DNA of 64,000 nucleotides, taken from the IMG/VR virus record IMGVR_UViG_3300029118_000005; one strand, 5' to 3'. This stretch comes from a virus. The notes under the pieces are model-generated. The model searched no databases. It saw nothing but the letters and a program-made list of their open reading frames with translations, and had not been told where the DNA came from. The stretch's first letter is position 1; the number at the start of each line of letters is the position of its first letter. This document shows, one piece after another, positions 18,201 to 27,202 of this stretch. The translations under genes were made by a program, and so were the position numbers.

Positions 18201-20835
18201 AATCGGCTTTCGCCCAAGCGTCCTTTACAAGGTCCGCAAAGTTCGATACTGCTCCCGGTATATCCTTTTTTGTAAAAAGTATAGGATCTTCCGTTCCTGA
18301 GCCGTTTCCAGAACCACTTCCACTTCCTGAACCGCTGTTAGCTGCGTTATCGAGATCTTCCGAAAATTTTTCGATTTCATCAAATCCCATTAACTCACGC
18401 TTTAGCTCATCGGTCTTGTCTTTTAACTTATCAGTTGCGTCACTTGCTGCATCGCCTGCAGATGCTGTGCCATTTAAACTGTCGCGATAGTCTTTGATGT
18501 TTTTTACAGCTACCGTGTATGATGTTTGCCCTGTTATTGATGCTATGAAAGCACCTACAGCATTGATTCCTGCAACTGCATAATCAACAATTTGGTCGAT
18601 AATTGGTCCAACGATATTTAATATTGGTTCAAATGCCGCAGCTACGCTATTTCCAACATACGACATGTCAGATGTTAATAGCGACAAACTTTTGTTCGCT
18701 CTGTCACTGAACACAACAAGGTTGTTTATTCCATCCTTGATTCCTGATCGTAATTTGTTAAATAGCACATATAAAGACCTGATTCCAAAACCGTAGCGCA
18801 ACACAGTTGTGATTCCATGCTTTAATTTCTTGTTAAAGTCTCCGAGACTGGCTGAGGACTGGCTGAACGGACTCTTTAACCCAGATAATGCGTTTTTGCT
18901 TGAACCAAAATTCAAAAACTCCCATGACAATTTTGCAAAGTTTTTTGTGAACGACAATATCTGCTTGTTTACTTTCGCTGCAAAAGATCCTATTTTGCCA
19001 ATTGCACCTGCAACAGATATCGCCTTTCCTACAAATCCACCCATAATGCCTGCCAAATCACTTATATCTGATTTTAATTGGGATAGGCTAAGTGGCAATT
19101 TTTGCATGTTTCGGTTCAGCCTGTTGATATCCTCTGGCATATCTCTAAATATTGGTGGCTCTTGTGCAGCAGCAGCCAAGGCATCTTTAAATGTCTGTTC
19201 TGTTCTGATTACTTTTGATACATCTTCATTGTATTGTCTTAACTGGTTTGAAGCGTTGCTTGTTTCCCTCGCAGTTTGACTCATTGCGTTTGATAAGCCG
19301 TTGCCACGAAGTTCTTCTGGAAAACTGCTTGGTGGATACTCTTGCCATTCACTTTTTGGCTGTCTAAGCGTTATACCTTTTTGAGCTGCAATAGTTGATA
19401 AATCATTCGCATAAGCTATCGCTTGCGACAAGTCATTAACCATCTGTGATACACCATCAGTATCAAGAGTCCTCAATGCTTCTTGCATATTTTCCTTTAA
19501 GCGCACTATCTCTTTTGAGATTCCCACAAATTCAGTTTGAAGCTCTTCAACACTCTCAGGAACGTAAAATTCACCTAAAAACTTTTGACTTTCTTCCCTT
19601 GCTTGCTGTATCAGATTTTTATAGTCTTCTAACCACGGCACGCTCTCTGGCGCAACGGCTTTATTCGCTGCATTTTGAATGATGGTCTTTTCTGCATCTG
19701 ATAGTCCAGTATGTTCTTTTCCGATTATTGATTTTAAATTTTCTCTGTTCAGCTTTGCAATTCCAGAAAAGTCAATGTTTTTTAAAGAAGCCAGTTCGCC
19801 CAAGCCAAGTTCTTTAAGCCCTTTGAATGCTCCTGCCAGGCCTTTTCCATCTCCTATAGCATTCGTAACAGATTCGATGGTTGACCTTAAATTGATAAGG
19901 TCTTTCATTTCACTGTTTACAACATCGGTTACGGTCTGTTGCTCTTTTTCAAATGCCCTAGTCTTCTGCCCGATGGCACTTGTGACTTCTTTTACGCTTT
20001 CTGTTTCACCATTTTCCGATAGCTTTTTGCCACCATAAACATCGTTTTCAGTTATTCCATACTTCTCGCTAAGGTTGGGAATGTCTTTTGCGGCAAACTT
20101 TGATAGCTCAGATTCAATCTCTTGTACTGGAATTAAGCCGTTTTTGATAACATCCTGTGATGTCATCACAGCTTCCTTGCGTATATCTCTTAAGCGCTCT
20201 ACTACATCTCTGAACAGATCTGTTGCATTTTTTGTGGTATCAAAAGTGGTATTTATTGACTTGTTCATATCGTCTATGAACGCTACAAAATCTGTACCAC
20301 TATTTGTTGTGGAGAAATTCTTTCCAAGTACACTTCGCAGATCGGCAAATTCTCTATCTGTCTTTAGGTCATTTTTTACACCAATCGGGATCTTTATATT
20401 TCGAGCTTTTTTGATATAATTATCAAAGGCTTTTTCCACACCGTCTAGTTGCCTAATCTCTTTAACGTTCTGCGCGATGGTATTTTTAACGTTCTCCATC
20501 GCGCTTTCCACGTTCTCCATGGCTCTTTTCCATGTGTCCTCGGAAAAGATTGAACCCTTCTTTTCGTTAAGTTGCAAGTTGTTAAGCTTAATAGATGCTT
20601 CTGCAAGTTCTCTTACAGATTTTTCAACCGCTGCAATTCCTGCCTTATTGGTTATTCCTGTCAGCTTCGTCAGTCTTTGCGTTAACCCATTTACAGACGT
20701 TGAATAGTGATCAATTCCACTTTTGTTGTCGCCCAATCCAGTTAGGGATTGTTTCAATGCTTCAATATCGGATATAGCCTCTTTGATATTTGTTTTAGCC
20801 TCAATCCGTATTGAATCAATATTTACCTCGCTCAT
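15271..20835 (-). CDS. tail tape measure protein
   Basis: 1854 aa, largely helical and repetitive, with a GS linker (NSGSGSGSGSGNGSG) and the conserved C-terminal block MFIAGEAGPELVG. Lies downstream of the G/GT chaperones. Confidence 0.9.
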   Translation of the reverse strand: MSEVNIDSIRIEAKTNIKEAISDIEALKQSLTGLGDNKSGIDHYSTSVNGLTQRLTKLTGITNKAGIAAVEKSVRELAEASIKLNNLQLNEKKGSIFSEDTWKRAMENVESAMENVKNTIAQNVKEIRQLDGVEKAFDNYIKKARNIKIPIGVKNDLKTDREFADLRSVLGKNFSTTNSGTDFVAFIDDMNKSINTTFDTTKNATDLFRDVVERLRDIRKEAVMTSQDVIKNGLIPVQEIESELSKFAAKDIPNLSEKYGITENDVYGGKKLSENGETESVKEVTSAIGQKTRAFEKEQQTVTDVVNSEMKDLINLRSTIESVTNAIGDGKGLAGAFKGLKELGLGELASLKNIDFSGIAKLNRENLKSIIGKEHTGLSDAEKTIIQNAANKAVAPESVPWLEDYKNLIQQAREESQKFLGEFYVPESVEELQTEFVGISKEIVRLKENMQEALRTLDTDGVSQMVNDLSQAIAYANDLSTIAAQKGITLRQPKSEWQEYPPSSFPEELRGNGLSNAMSQTARETSNASNQLRQYNEDVSKVIRTEQTFKDALAAAAQEPPIFRDMPEDINRLNRNMQKLPLSLSQLKSDISDLAGIMGGFVGKAISVAGAIGKIGSFAAKVNKQILSFTKNFAKLSWEFLNFGSSKNALSGLKSPFSQSSASLGDFNKKLKHGITTVLRYGFGIRSLYVLFNKLRSGIKDGINNLVVFSDRANKSLSLLTSDMSYVGNSVAAAFEPILNIVGPIIDQIVDYAVAGINAVGAFIASITGQTSYTVAVKNIKDYRDSLNGTASAGDAASDATDKLKDKTDELKRELMGFDEIEKFSEDLDNAANSGSGSGSGSGNGSGTEDPILFTKKDIPGAVSNFADLVKDAWAKADFTDIGKIVGTKLRDALDSIDWEPIKEQANKIAKVTGTFINGFFETEGLDKSVGRTLGEAVNTAVGAINTFIDTTHWASLGEFMSGGLRSAIATIDWNGLGKTLNAKYKALWSFLDGFVVDMSKINFSGTTGWQEAGNALASTINSIFADRDYTKTGQTIATGINGITSALTTGIEGIDFNSISRNFSNGINSVFYKVDWQAIGTMLSDGINTATSSLLTFSVTVDWKRIGSELANSANTFLAKTDFSQAGKALGQAFKGALSAINEFAATFNWRSLGVDINNFIKGINWGEILKTSANIVVNTFFGLFEAAWGLIFGGNDTKYTAIADNLNKAISKLNVEWPKFKQDELSNFDSAMDSLDKFWEINEKFKKNGSLSAQDESLFKFYYEQISRYAPDIAKEIGSIQTAYQGTKDTLEKLIETQKNAAIQKGFSSALEDASKIYGDAVVALEQLKTKFIDDSVSWKADILNGLLSRVDVYGGTIETWEKTFDKFLQKVRDGSIDFQNLTEDEEALWQVMREMNPQFGTMEESMESLNGTVETSGKTVDKLQVAMGRYRDNTSSATTNTKNLIQKLKGIKLTGVWKSLADELRDTLDSVTESLKSDKFALGISNTLTDMFDKEFKVNLKAGSLDTSELTQKDKTIQGASANVVSAKNALPDYAKKLDLVANLTSKQDSITDRVISGLTGWMTDFQNRVPENNRWFSGLTGWMTDFQNRVPENNRWFSGLTGWMTDFQNRVPENNRWFSGLTGWMTDFQNRVPENNRWFSGLTGWMTDFQNRVPENNRWFSGLTGWVTSLGDSIPISGKWFSGILGYVNQVQKQSGVSLILSGITGFISSIVSGTKKSTGGAFYGGRWHSIPQFSSGGVIIKDLMSSFSTIPRYADGTVNAGSMFIAGEAGPELVGHVGSRTEVLNESQLASVMQSAVAEGMQAAMSQMGGGGNVTVNVTLQGDARRIFEVVKNENNSRVMQTGKAQLLT
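15781..16158 (-). repeat. six in-frame 63-nt tandem repeats inside the tape measure gene
   Basis: Five copies (15844-16158) encode the identical 21-mer SGLTGWMTDFQNRVPENNRWF. A sixth (15781-15843) is diverged (SGLTGWVTSLGDSIPISGKWF). The DNA copies differ at several third-codon positions. Confidence 0.9.
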
Positions 20836-20849
20836 TTTATCCCTCCTCC

Positions 20850-21344
20850 CTAGATTGGACTCTCTGGCAATCCTTGCTTTTCAAGTTGCCTGATTCTTTG
20901 TCTCATTTCGTACACTGCGATTTCTTCGTTAGATTCCACATTACCGTTTTCACTTTTCTTTGCCTCCTGTTGCAAGAAAGGCATATCTGGATATTCAAAC
21001 GGTGGCGTATGCTTCCCTTTAAACCACTGACTATTGCCCAGCGTTGACAAAATAGACATTCTCACGTACTTTCCTAGCATGTGGTTTTGTATGTCGACTT
21101 GCTGTTGATGCAGCTTGTAAGCAAGCTCATATGGTTTTAACTCACACGGGCACATATTGCCTATTTGTTCAGTGGTGAAGCCATATTGTTGCGTAACGCA
21201 CAGAAAATATGGAAGCAACTTTTCATCGTAATAGTCAATTGGATCTATTACTCTGTTTTTTGCTCTTTCGCTTCTTTCTCCGCTTTCATCTGCAGAACTT
21301 CTTTCTTGAAAAAACCATTCTGCATCACCTCTTTTATCAGTTCT
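20850..21344 (-). CDS. gpT-like frameshift extension of the tail assembly chaperone
   Basis: The reading frame is open from 21344 to 20850 and overlaps the 3' end of the gpG-like ORF in the -1 frame. The track's start at 21218 is a TTG. Confidence 0.6.
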   Translation of the reverse strand, partial: RTDKRGDAEWFFQERSSADESGERSERAKNRVIDPIDYYDEKLLPYFLCVTQQYGFTTEQIGNMCPCELKPYELAYKLHQQQVDIQNHMLGKYVRMSILSTLGNSQWFKGKHTPPFEYPDMPFLQQEAKKSENGNVESNEEIAVYEMRQRIRQLEKQGLPESPI

Positions 21345-21661
21345 TCAAAAAGCTCCCTAATACTTGAATCTTCCTGATCGGTATACTCATCAATCAATTC
21401 GCATACCTTTGCTGTTGCCTCTTCCTTGCCTTTATTTGTGTTGTAATCGTATCCAAACTCGTCCTTATGTCTTTTTTGCAGCCCTACCAGTAAAAACTCC
21501 GGAAGCATATTAAGTATCATTTCAATCTCATCAACAAAATCATCACTGGACTGTTGAGCTTCATCATCACTGGACTGTTGAATTTCTTTAATCTTTTTTA
21601 AAATTCCGCTCTTTGTAGTTGCTTCGATTCCAAACTTAATTTCATAATTCATAAATTTCAT
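21248..21661 (-). CDS. tail assembly chaperone (gpG-like)
   Basis: 137-aa acidic protein between the major tail and tape measure genes. Contains the slippery site near its 3' end. Confidence 0.65.
   Translation of the reverse strand: MKFMNYEIKFGIEATTKSGILKKIKEIQQSSDDEAQQSSDDFVDEIEMILNMLPEFLLVGLQKRHKDEFGYDYNTNKGKEEATAKVCELIDEYTDQEDSSIRELFEELIKEVMQNGFFKKEVLQMKAEKEAKEQKTE
21308..21314 (-). promoter_or_regulatory. -1 programmed ribosomal frameshift heptamer U UUU UUC
   Basis: The mRNA reads AAU GGU UUU UUC AAG (N G F F K). After a -1 slip it continues FFQERSSADESGERSERAKN... into the 20850 ORF. Confidence 0.6.
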
Positions 21662-21680
21662 AATTCATTCTCCTTTAAAC

Positions 21681-21706
21681 AAAAAACGGGAAGCTCACGC
21701 TTCCCG
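21681..21706 (-). terminator. intrinsic terminator after the major tail gene
   Basis: Minus-strand CGGGAAGC gtga GCTTCCCG followed by TTTTTT. Confidence 0.7.
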
Positions 21707-21716
21707 AATATAGTTG

Positions 21717-22220
21717 TTACATTTCTTTCTTTGCCAGTGTAATTGATGTTGGATAACCATTCTCATCTTCTGTTACAGATACGGTATAACTATCCTCAAT
21801 CCATCTTGGATTGGTTACTGTAGCAATTGTTACTGTTCCTGTAAGATGATCTTCTGTCGCTTCATCTGGTGCAAAAGACTCTGTTCCTATAAACGCTGCA
21901 ATTCCTTCTGAGCCTTTTCCATCTGTTCCGTAGAGAATACAGATATCTAATTGCTTTCCCTCATTTTTAACAAGTTCGTCCTTATATTTTTTTTCAAAAG
22001 CACCTGGTACTTCCATTGACGCAGCTGCTCTTCTTCCCTGCTCCTGAGTCTCCATCAAGTCTTCCAAGGTTGATGTATCAACCATGTTAACACTGCCAAT
22101 AGGTGATGGAATTGACTTTGCCCTAATCAAGAGCTTATATTCACCTGCCCAGTAATCGGCTGCGCTATCTTCCTTTGTTTTCTCTCTGTAAATAATCCTA
22201 CTTTTTAAGCCTGTTGCCAT
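21717..22220 (-). CDS. major tail protein
   Basis: 167 aa, positioned before the chaperones. MVDTSTLEDL...PGAFEK resembles TP901-1/phi13-type major tail proteins. Confidence 0.75.
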   Translation of the reverse strand: MATGLKSRIIYREKTKEDSAADYWAGEYKLLIRAKSIPSPIGSVNMVDTSTLEDLMETQEQGRRAAASMEVPGAFEKKYKDELVKNEGKQLDICILYGTDGKGSEGIAAFIGTESFAPDEATEDHLTGTVTIATVTNPRWIEDSYTVSVTEDENGYPTSITLAKKEM

Positions 22221-22237
22221 TTTGTATTCCTCCTACT

Positions 22238-22264
22238 AAAAAAGCCCCATCTTGCCGATGGAGC
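22238..22264 (-). terminator. intrinsic terminator-like hairpin upstream of the major tail gene
   Basis: Minus-strand GCTCCATC ggca GATGGGGC followed by TTTTTT. Confidence 0.7.
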
Positions 22265-22678
22265 TTAAAAAATATCATTCCAATCAAATGTTCTTTCAAA
22301 ACGTGCTACATAACGATATATTGGTGATTGATTGTCTGCGTATGGTGACATCTTTACATCGAACATAAGCTTTTTTAGACAGTCCATAATTTCTGCCATT
22401 ATAGTTCTACAGTCTAGCTGTGATGTGTTGCTATACACTTCAATTTGGAATCCTGCCACTATAGTATTGATTCTTGTGCGTTCCAGATCGGAGTTTGCTT
22501 CGCTTCCACCCAACTCATGGACGTACACGCAGGGAAAATTACGCTGCGAATCATTGCTTATATTTGAGGTGGTGTACATTATTTGTGGATATCTTTTCTT
22601 TAGCTTGTTGTATGTCTTGCCTTTCACAAGGGATAATACCTTGCTCTCAAGGTCGATGACCCATTGATTCTGAGCCAC
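22265..22678 (-). CDS. tail terminator / tail completion protein (DUF3168-like)
   Basis: 137 aa. Called from position and the FPCVYVHELGG ... QIEVYS pattern. Confidence 0.5.
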   Translation of the reverse strand: MAQNQWVIDLESKVLSLVKGKTYNKLKKRYPQIMYTTSNISNDSQRNFPCVYVHELGGSEANSDLERTRINTIVAGFQIEVYSNTSQLDCRTIMAEIMDCLKKLMFDVKMSPYADNQSPIYRYVARFERTFDWNDIF

Positions 22679-23184
22679 TATCCAAACACCTCCCTTGCAA
22701 TTCTTTCAATATCATGTCTCATTTGTGTTGAGGCATGATACATGAATGGTCTTGATGGCATACCTTCTGTGAAGTACCACTTTCCATCTCCGCCCAGATA
22801 ATACCAGCCATATCTACCGTCTGCCGTTTTTCTAATTGTTTTTCCTTGCGCATAAATAGCCGGGAGCTTGCCCGGATATGGAGTAGTAGCGCCTATAATT
22901 CCTGTTCCCATTTCTACATAGATAGCATGTTCTGAATCAGCTTCTACCGCAAAGATAACTCGCTCTGCGTTGCTCTCTATCTCGGTTGAGTGAATGCTAT
23001 TTACAAGTTCACCAGTAAATACTGCATCCATCGTCAAGACTTCTTCTGTTGCTTTTTTAACTCCGTAATCAGTAAGCTTCTTCATGAAAAGCTCTACTCG
23101 CGTTTGGAACGTTTTCTGGTAACGTTCCAACATCCTTATGGCTTCATCTACTCCGCTCACCTTTATTTCCAAAGCCTTTGCCAT
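22678..23184 (-). CDS. HK97 gp10-family neck protein
   Basis: FTGELVNSIH ... HAIYVEMGTG motif string is typical of the HK97 gp10 family. Confidence 0.65.
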   Translation of the reverse strand: MAKALEIKVSGVDEAIRMLERYQKTFQTRVELFMKKLTDYGVKKATEEVLTMDAVFTGELVNSIHSTEIESNAERVIFAVEADSEHAIYVEMGTGIIGATTPYPGKLPAIYAQGKTIRKTADGRYGWYYLGGDGKWYFTEGMPSRPFMYHASTQMRHDIERIAREVFG

Positions 23185-23693
23185 TAGTTTTTTTCCACGC
23201 TTTGCTGCAACACCTGCAGATAGTAAGACGTTTCATTCAGTGCTTCATTCATGATTCCACTCACTTGATAGTCAGCAGAATTTTCATCTGGTGATCCGTT
23301 TGGTTTCGTTTTAATTTCTGAATGCAGCCAAATTCTTGCTCCAAACGGCAAGTTAAGTTCGTTTCCGCCAGAGTCTTTTGCATGTTTAGCTAAGATGAGC
23401 GTAGCATAATTGTTTGTGCTGTCGCTTCCCCATGCTCGCATGATAGCGTTTTTTAGCTGTGATGTGATTGTTCCCCAAAACTTCACAGGATTGCTATAAA
23501 GCACTTCCATTTCACCGCTTTCTTTCGGGATTTTTTTGCCTTCATCATCGGTATAAAAATATACCTCCCCATCAGCTCCAACGTAACTCTCGTACTGAAT
23601 GTCACCATTTTCGTCTCTCAGATATCCAGGCACTTTTCCGACTTGGTACGAATACCACATCTGTTGGCGATTTCTTCTACTTGTCCGCGCCAT
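23184..23693 (-). CDS. head closure / head-tail adaptor candidate
   Basis: 169 aa; positional assignment only. Confidence 0.4.
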   Translation of the reverse strand: MARTSRRNRQQMWYSYQVGKVPGYLRDENGDIQYESYVGADGEVYFYTDDEGKKIPKESGEMEVLYSNPVKFWGTITSQLKNAIMRAWGSDSTNNYATLILAKHAKDSGGNELNLPFGARIWLHSEIKTKPNGSPDENSADYQVSGIMNEALNETSYYLQVLQQSVEKN

Positions 23694-23952
23694 CTTTTAA
23701 CTGCTTGTATACCTGATTGACGCCAGTGCTAGACAAACCTGATACAATGCCGACAGCAATCGCATTCAGAATATCCTGCGCTGGGAAGTCTGGTATGACA
23801 TACATTCCTAAGACTCCCAGAATGCCGCCAAAAGCACCCACAATGACCGGAATGTAATTATCCTTGACTGCTGGAATTGTCTTGGCTGCAAGCCCAATTA
23901 AATAGCAGATAACTACAATTGCAATCACGGTAGTCATGCTCGATATATCCAT
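23677..23952 (-). CDS. holin (LL-H / phage_holin_4-like)
   Basis: Start trimmed to MDISSM, with a GGAGGAGG RBS. Has 2-3 TM segments, IPVIVGAFGGILG ... GIVSGLSSTG and a charged C-terminus. Confidence 0.6.
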   Translation of the reverse strand: MDISSMTTVIAIVVICYLIGLAAKTIPAVKDNYIPVIVGAFGGILGVLGMYVIPDFPAQDILNAIAVGIVSGLSSTGVNQVYKQLKDGADK

Positions 23953-23953
23953 T

Positions 23954-24259
23954 TTATTTACCTCCTCCACTCTTGATGTGTAACTCTTTGATCTCTTCAT
24001 ACATCTTTTTAACCATACCGTTTCCGTTTAAATCACGGTAGGCTTCATACATTTCTTCGAAGTTCTGATAATCATCGGACGGTATCTCCCCCAGCTGTAT
24101 GTATTCTGCGTAATACTTGATCAGCTGCACACGCAATAACAGCATGGTTCCTCTCTCATTTGCGTTCTTGCCTTTCTTCTGTTGCTGCAGAAGCCAAACA
24201 ATGTATCCTAAAGCAATCGGAAGGATGATTGTGTATGTTTGTAATAAAAATTCTTGCAT
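23954..24259 (-). CDS. N-terminally membrane-anchored protein (holin partner?)
   Basis: One TM segment (IILPIALGYIVWLL) followed by a helical soluble domain. Abuts the holin gene. Confidence 0.45.
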   Translation of the reverse strand: MQEFLLQTYTIILPIALGYIVWLLQQQKKGKNANERGTMLLLRVQLIKYYAEYIQLGEIPSDDYQNFEEMYEAYRDLNGNGMVKKMYEEIKELHIKSGGGK

Positions 24260-24364
24260 TTTTTATATCTCCTGCTTGTATTTTGCATATTGCCCACCGC
24301 CGCTTTAATATGCACCCTGCCAGCGTATTCGCAAACATTGCAAACACACTGGCGAACATCCTTC

Positions 24365-24709
24365 TTAGATTGTTGCTAACGGTATTATTCCAGCAAATAA
24401 AGTGTTCCTATCCACCATTGTTCGCTGAATTGAATCCTCACTGTGCTGACTCTCGCCCTCAAAGCCAATCGAGTTATAATCGTACAAAGCCAAATTGCGA
24501 ATCTGGCTATAGTACCTGTCTAAATCTTGTGCAATCATTCCGTCCGTATATCCAAGTGGATATCTTCTTTTGTCTCGGACCTCTCTAATTGCACTTTTGA
24601 TTTTTTGCTTGAGTAACGGTTCCGAAAAGCTGCCGCCTTCTTCATCATTTGAAAGTTCAACTTGCAAATCAAAAAAAAGCTCGTCTGCAAGGTTGTCTGT
24701 ATAACTCAT
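24365..24709 (-). CDS. gp6-like head-tail connector protein
   Basis: 114 aa. LLKQKIKSAIREVRDKRRYP ... YYSQIRNLALYDYN resembles the Phage_connect_1/QLRG family. Confidence 0.6.
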   Translation of the reverse strand: MSYTDNLADELFFDLQVELSNDEEGGSFSEPLLKQKIKSAIREVRDKRRYPLGYTDGMIAQDLDRYYSQIRNLALYDYNSIGFEGESQHSEDSIQRTMVDRNTLFAGIIPLATI

Positions 24710-24724
24710 ACTTTCTCACCTCCA

Positions 24725-24907
24725 TCAAACAGCTTTTGGTTTCTTGCCTCTTCGCTTTGGTTCATCATCAACTTGCAACTCTGGAATTTCGATTTTCTCT
24801 TCCATCGGGACATCAATCTCTGGGGCATCGTTTTTCTCTTCCATCGGGACGTCTTCACCAGCTGCATAGTAGATTCCGTTAAGCTTGATCATGTGATCAA
24901 ATTTCAT
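24725..24907 (-). CDS. small protein after the capsid gene
   Basis: 60 aa with an internal DVPMEEK duplication. The N-terminus is similar to that of 14259..14498. Confidence 0.4.
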   Translation of the reverse strand: MKFDHMIKLNGIYYAAGEDVPMEEKNDAPEIDVPMEEKIEIPELQVDDEPKRRGKKPKAV

Positions 24908-25992
24908 TACTTGACGTCAATTACAAATGTGCTGTCGATGCCCTCATATGATGGAAGCACAATCTGTGATACGCTGGTTGTAGTCTTAATAGGTGGTCCC
25001 TGCTCGGTTTTGGTCGCAATTGCAATGCGGTTGTCAAGCATGGCAACATCCACATTTTTATTTGACATCAATGTACGCTCTTCTGGTGTTACACCATAAT
25101 ATGTTGATCCCAGTGTTCCTGCGCCGATTATGGTTACTTTGTTGTCCGGGTAGAACTTTTGAGTCTCTCCCTTGTAGTCAATGTACATCTTGTCATAAAT
25201 GATAGGCGTCAGACCTGTCTTTCGCGTGAAGATCTCCTTAACAGTTGCTTCATCGGTAAAATCAACCGCCTTGCCAGAAGAAGTGATTAAAGCGTTCTTA
25301 ATCTGCTCGTTTTCAACGAGATAGTCAAAGGTAGTGCTGTTCATTAGCGCGTAGCGTGGAAGCACTCCGATTGACCTTAAATATTTAGTACCCTGCTGAA
25401 CGTCTTTTAACGGCTTCGCTGTGTCAGGATGGTCCCAAGTATCAGTGCCTTCAACTTTTAAATAGTGCTTTTGCTTATACGTTCCATCGCTATCGTAATC
25501 GTAGCCATGAACCATATTGTCACTCTCTGATTCCCCGGTTCCTATTGCAATAGATGGTTTTCCATCCTTTGGCGCAAGTAGTGCCATTCGCATTACTTCG
25601 GCAGCGATTTCTGCACCGTCAATAAGCCTTGCAGCATCATTGTAAATTGATGATACAATGTCTCCAATGAATGGGCTATTAGCGTCTTCGATCTCCATGA
25701 GTCGCATTAAATCTTCCTCTCGTACGGTCATGCTCTCACGGAAAAAGATCATCTCTGTAGACTCCTGCTTAAATCCCTCACGGACTCTGATCATCGGAAT
25801 TGCATCAAAATTGCTTGGCTTTAAGATGGCATTCAAGCCTTTGTGTGTCTTAATCCATTTTAACGACAAGCCCAGCTTCTTTCTGTTTGGGAAAAAAGCC
25901 TTTCCGACAAAGCCCATGGCATTACTTGGATCTTGTGTACGTCTTGCGGCAACTGCCTGTGAATCATAAATATCTGTAATTAAAACTGCCAT
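24907..25992 (-). CDS. major capsid protein (gpE-like family)
   Basis: 361 aa, following the scaffold and decoration genes. N-terminal block FFPNRKKLGLSLKWIKTHKGLNAILKPSNFDA is typical of Phage_cap_E. Confidence 0.85.
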   Translation of the reverse strand: MAVLITDIYDSQAVAARRTQDPSNAMGFVGKAFFPNRKKLGLSLKWIKTHKGLNAILKPSNFDAIPMIRVREGFKQESTEMIFFRESMTVREEDLMRLMEIEDANSPFIGDIVSSIYNDAARLIDGAEIAAEVMRMALLAPKDGKPSIAIGTGESESDNMVHGYDYDSDGTYKQKHYLKVEGTDTWDHPDTAKPLKDVQQGTKYLRSIGVLPRYALMNSTTFDYLVENEQIKNALITSSGKAVDFTDEATVKEIFTRKTGLTPIIYDKMYIDYKGETQKFYPDNKVTIIGAGTLGSTYYGVTPEERTLMSNKNVDVAMLDNRIAIATKTEQGPPIKTTTSVSQIVLPSYEGIDSTFVIDVK

Positions 25993-26004
25993 TGTTCCTC
26001 CTTT

Positions 26005-26370
26005 TTACTCAACCACGATCATAGGCAGGATCTTAGTTAAGTCTGCATCATAAGTGATTCCTGCATTCTGTTCTGCTCTTGACTTGTTAATGTATGCCTT
26101 TTTGAGAATCGTTCCTTGTGGTCGATGCTCATACACATCAAAAAGTAAGATTCCAGCTCCGCCTGTCCATGGTGTTGCTGCAACTACTGTTCCTGTTCCG
26201 CTAATTACGCTTCCTGCTTTTACAACCTTCTCTCCGGTATCACTATCAGTAGTGCTGACATCTGTAAAATCAATAGTCATTGGCACTCCTTCGAACACCT
26301 CTCTGTTTAAGATCTCTGCACCGGATGGACGTATCTCGGTTGTTGCATATCTCATGTCTCCTCTTGCCAT
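26005..26370 (-). CDS. head decoration-like protein
   Basis: 121 aa between scaffold and capsid; positional assignment. Confidence 0.45.
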   Translation of the reverse strand: MARGDMRYATTEIRPSGAEILNREVFEGVPMTIDFTDVSTTDSDTGEKVVKAGSVISGTGTVVAATPWTGGAGILLFDVYEHRPQGTILKKAYINKSRAEQNAGITYDADLTKILPMIVVE

Positions 26371-26386
26371 TTCTTACTTCCTTTCT

Positions 26387-27028
26387 TTACATGTATTGCT
26401 TCAAAACACTTTCATCGACCTCTGTTGAATACGTTGGTAGTGATTTCATAAGTTCAACAGCCTTGCTCTCGTGACTGTCTCCGTGGCCGGCATTGACTTC
26501 GCCGCGCTCTGCCAAAAACTCCTGCATCATCTTTGATTTGAGCGTTTTCATGTGCTGCCTCAAGATTTCGTTTTCCTTATCTCCATCTCCGTCAGCTCTT
26601 GCTTCGGCGTACTGTTGTGCTACTTCCTTGGACATTTCCAAAGTGTCCATGTATGTATTGGTAGATTTCATAATCGTCAGCTCGCGCTGCATTGCCTTGA
26701 ACTGCTTGTCTCTCTCGGCTTCTGCTTCTTTCTTTGCTTCCGCTTCCTTCTCTTGAGCAGTCATCTTTTCTCTGAGCTGCTTTGTCTTAGCTGCATTCTC
26801 GGATGCCAATGCATCAGCTTTGTTTGTGAGCTTCGCGATCTGCGCGTTTGCCTGTGCAAGCTGCACTCTTAATACATCAGCATCAGTTTCCGGTTCGTGA
26901 TCATCACCTGATCCCTTTGGCTCTTCACGAGTTTCAACCTCCGGTGTCGGCTCTGCAAAAAGCTGCAGGTTTAATTTTCTCTTGGTGGCATTGCGTTCAA
27001 ATGTTTTAAAAATCGGCTGAGTCTTCAT
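26387..27028 (-). CDS. capsid scaffolding protein
   Basis: 213 aa, highly charged coiled coil (KEAEAKKEAEAERDKQ). Sits before the capsid gene. Confidence 0.7.
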   Translation of the reverse strand: MKTQPIFKTFERNATKRKLNLQLFAEPTPEVETREEPKGSGDDHEPETDADVLRVQLAQANAQIAKLTNKADALASENAAKTKQLREKMTAQEKEAEAKKEAEAERDKQFKAMQRELTIMKSTNTYMDTLEMSKEVAQQYAEARADGDGDKENEILRQHMKTLKSKMMQEFLAERGEVNAGHGDSHESKAVELMKSLPTYSTEVDESVLKQYM

Positions 27029-27150
27029 AGATTCATTCCTTTCTGCGTTTGTGCGGTTCTCTCCGCTTTGATTTGTGCGATTATTAAGCTCTTCTCTGAG
27101 CTGTTTTGCTCCTTAAAGTCCGTCTCCGACTTGTTTGCCCTAATTTTGTG

Positions 27151-27186
27151 CAAACAAAAAGCCCTTCAAACCTTCGTTTAAAGAGC
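27151..27186 (-). terminator. intrinsic terminator after the MuF-like gene
   Basis: Minus-strand 11-bp stem GCTCTTTAAAC/GTTTGAAGGGC followed by TTTTTGTTTG. Confidence 0.65.
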
Positions 27187-27202
27187 CTATTCTTTGCATA
27201 AA

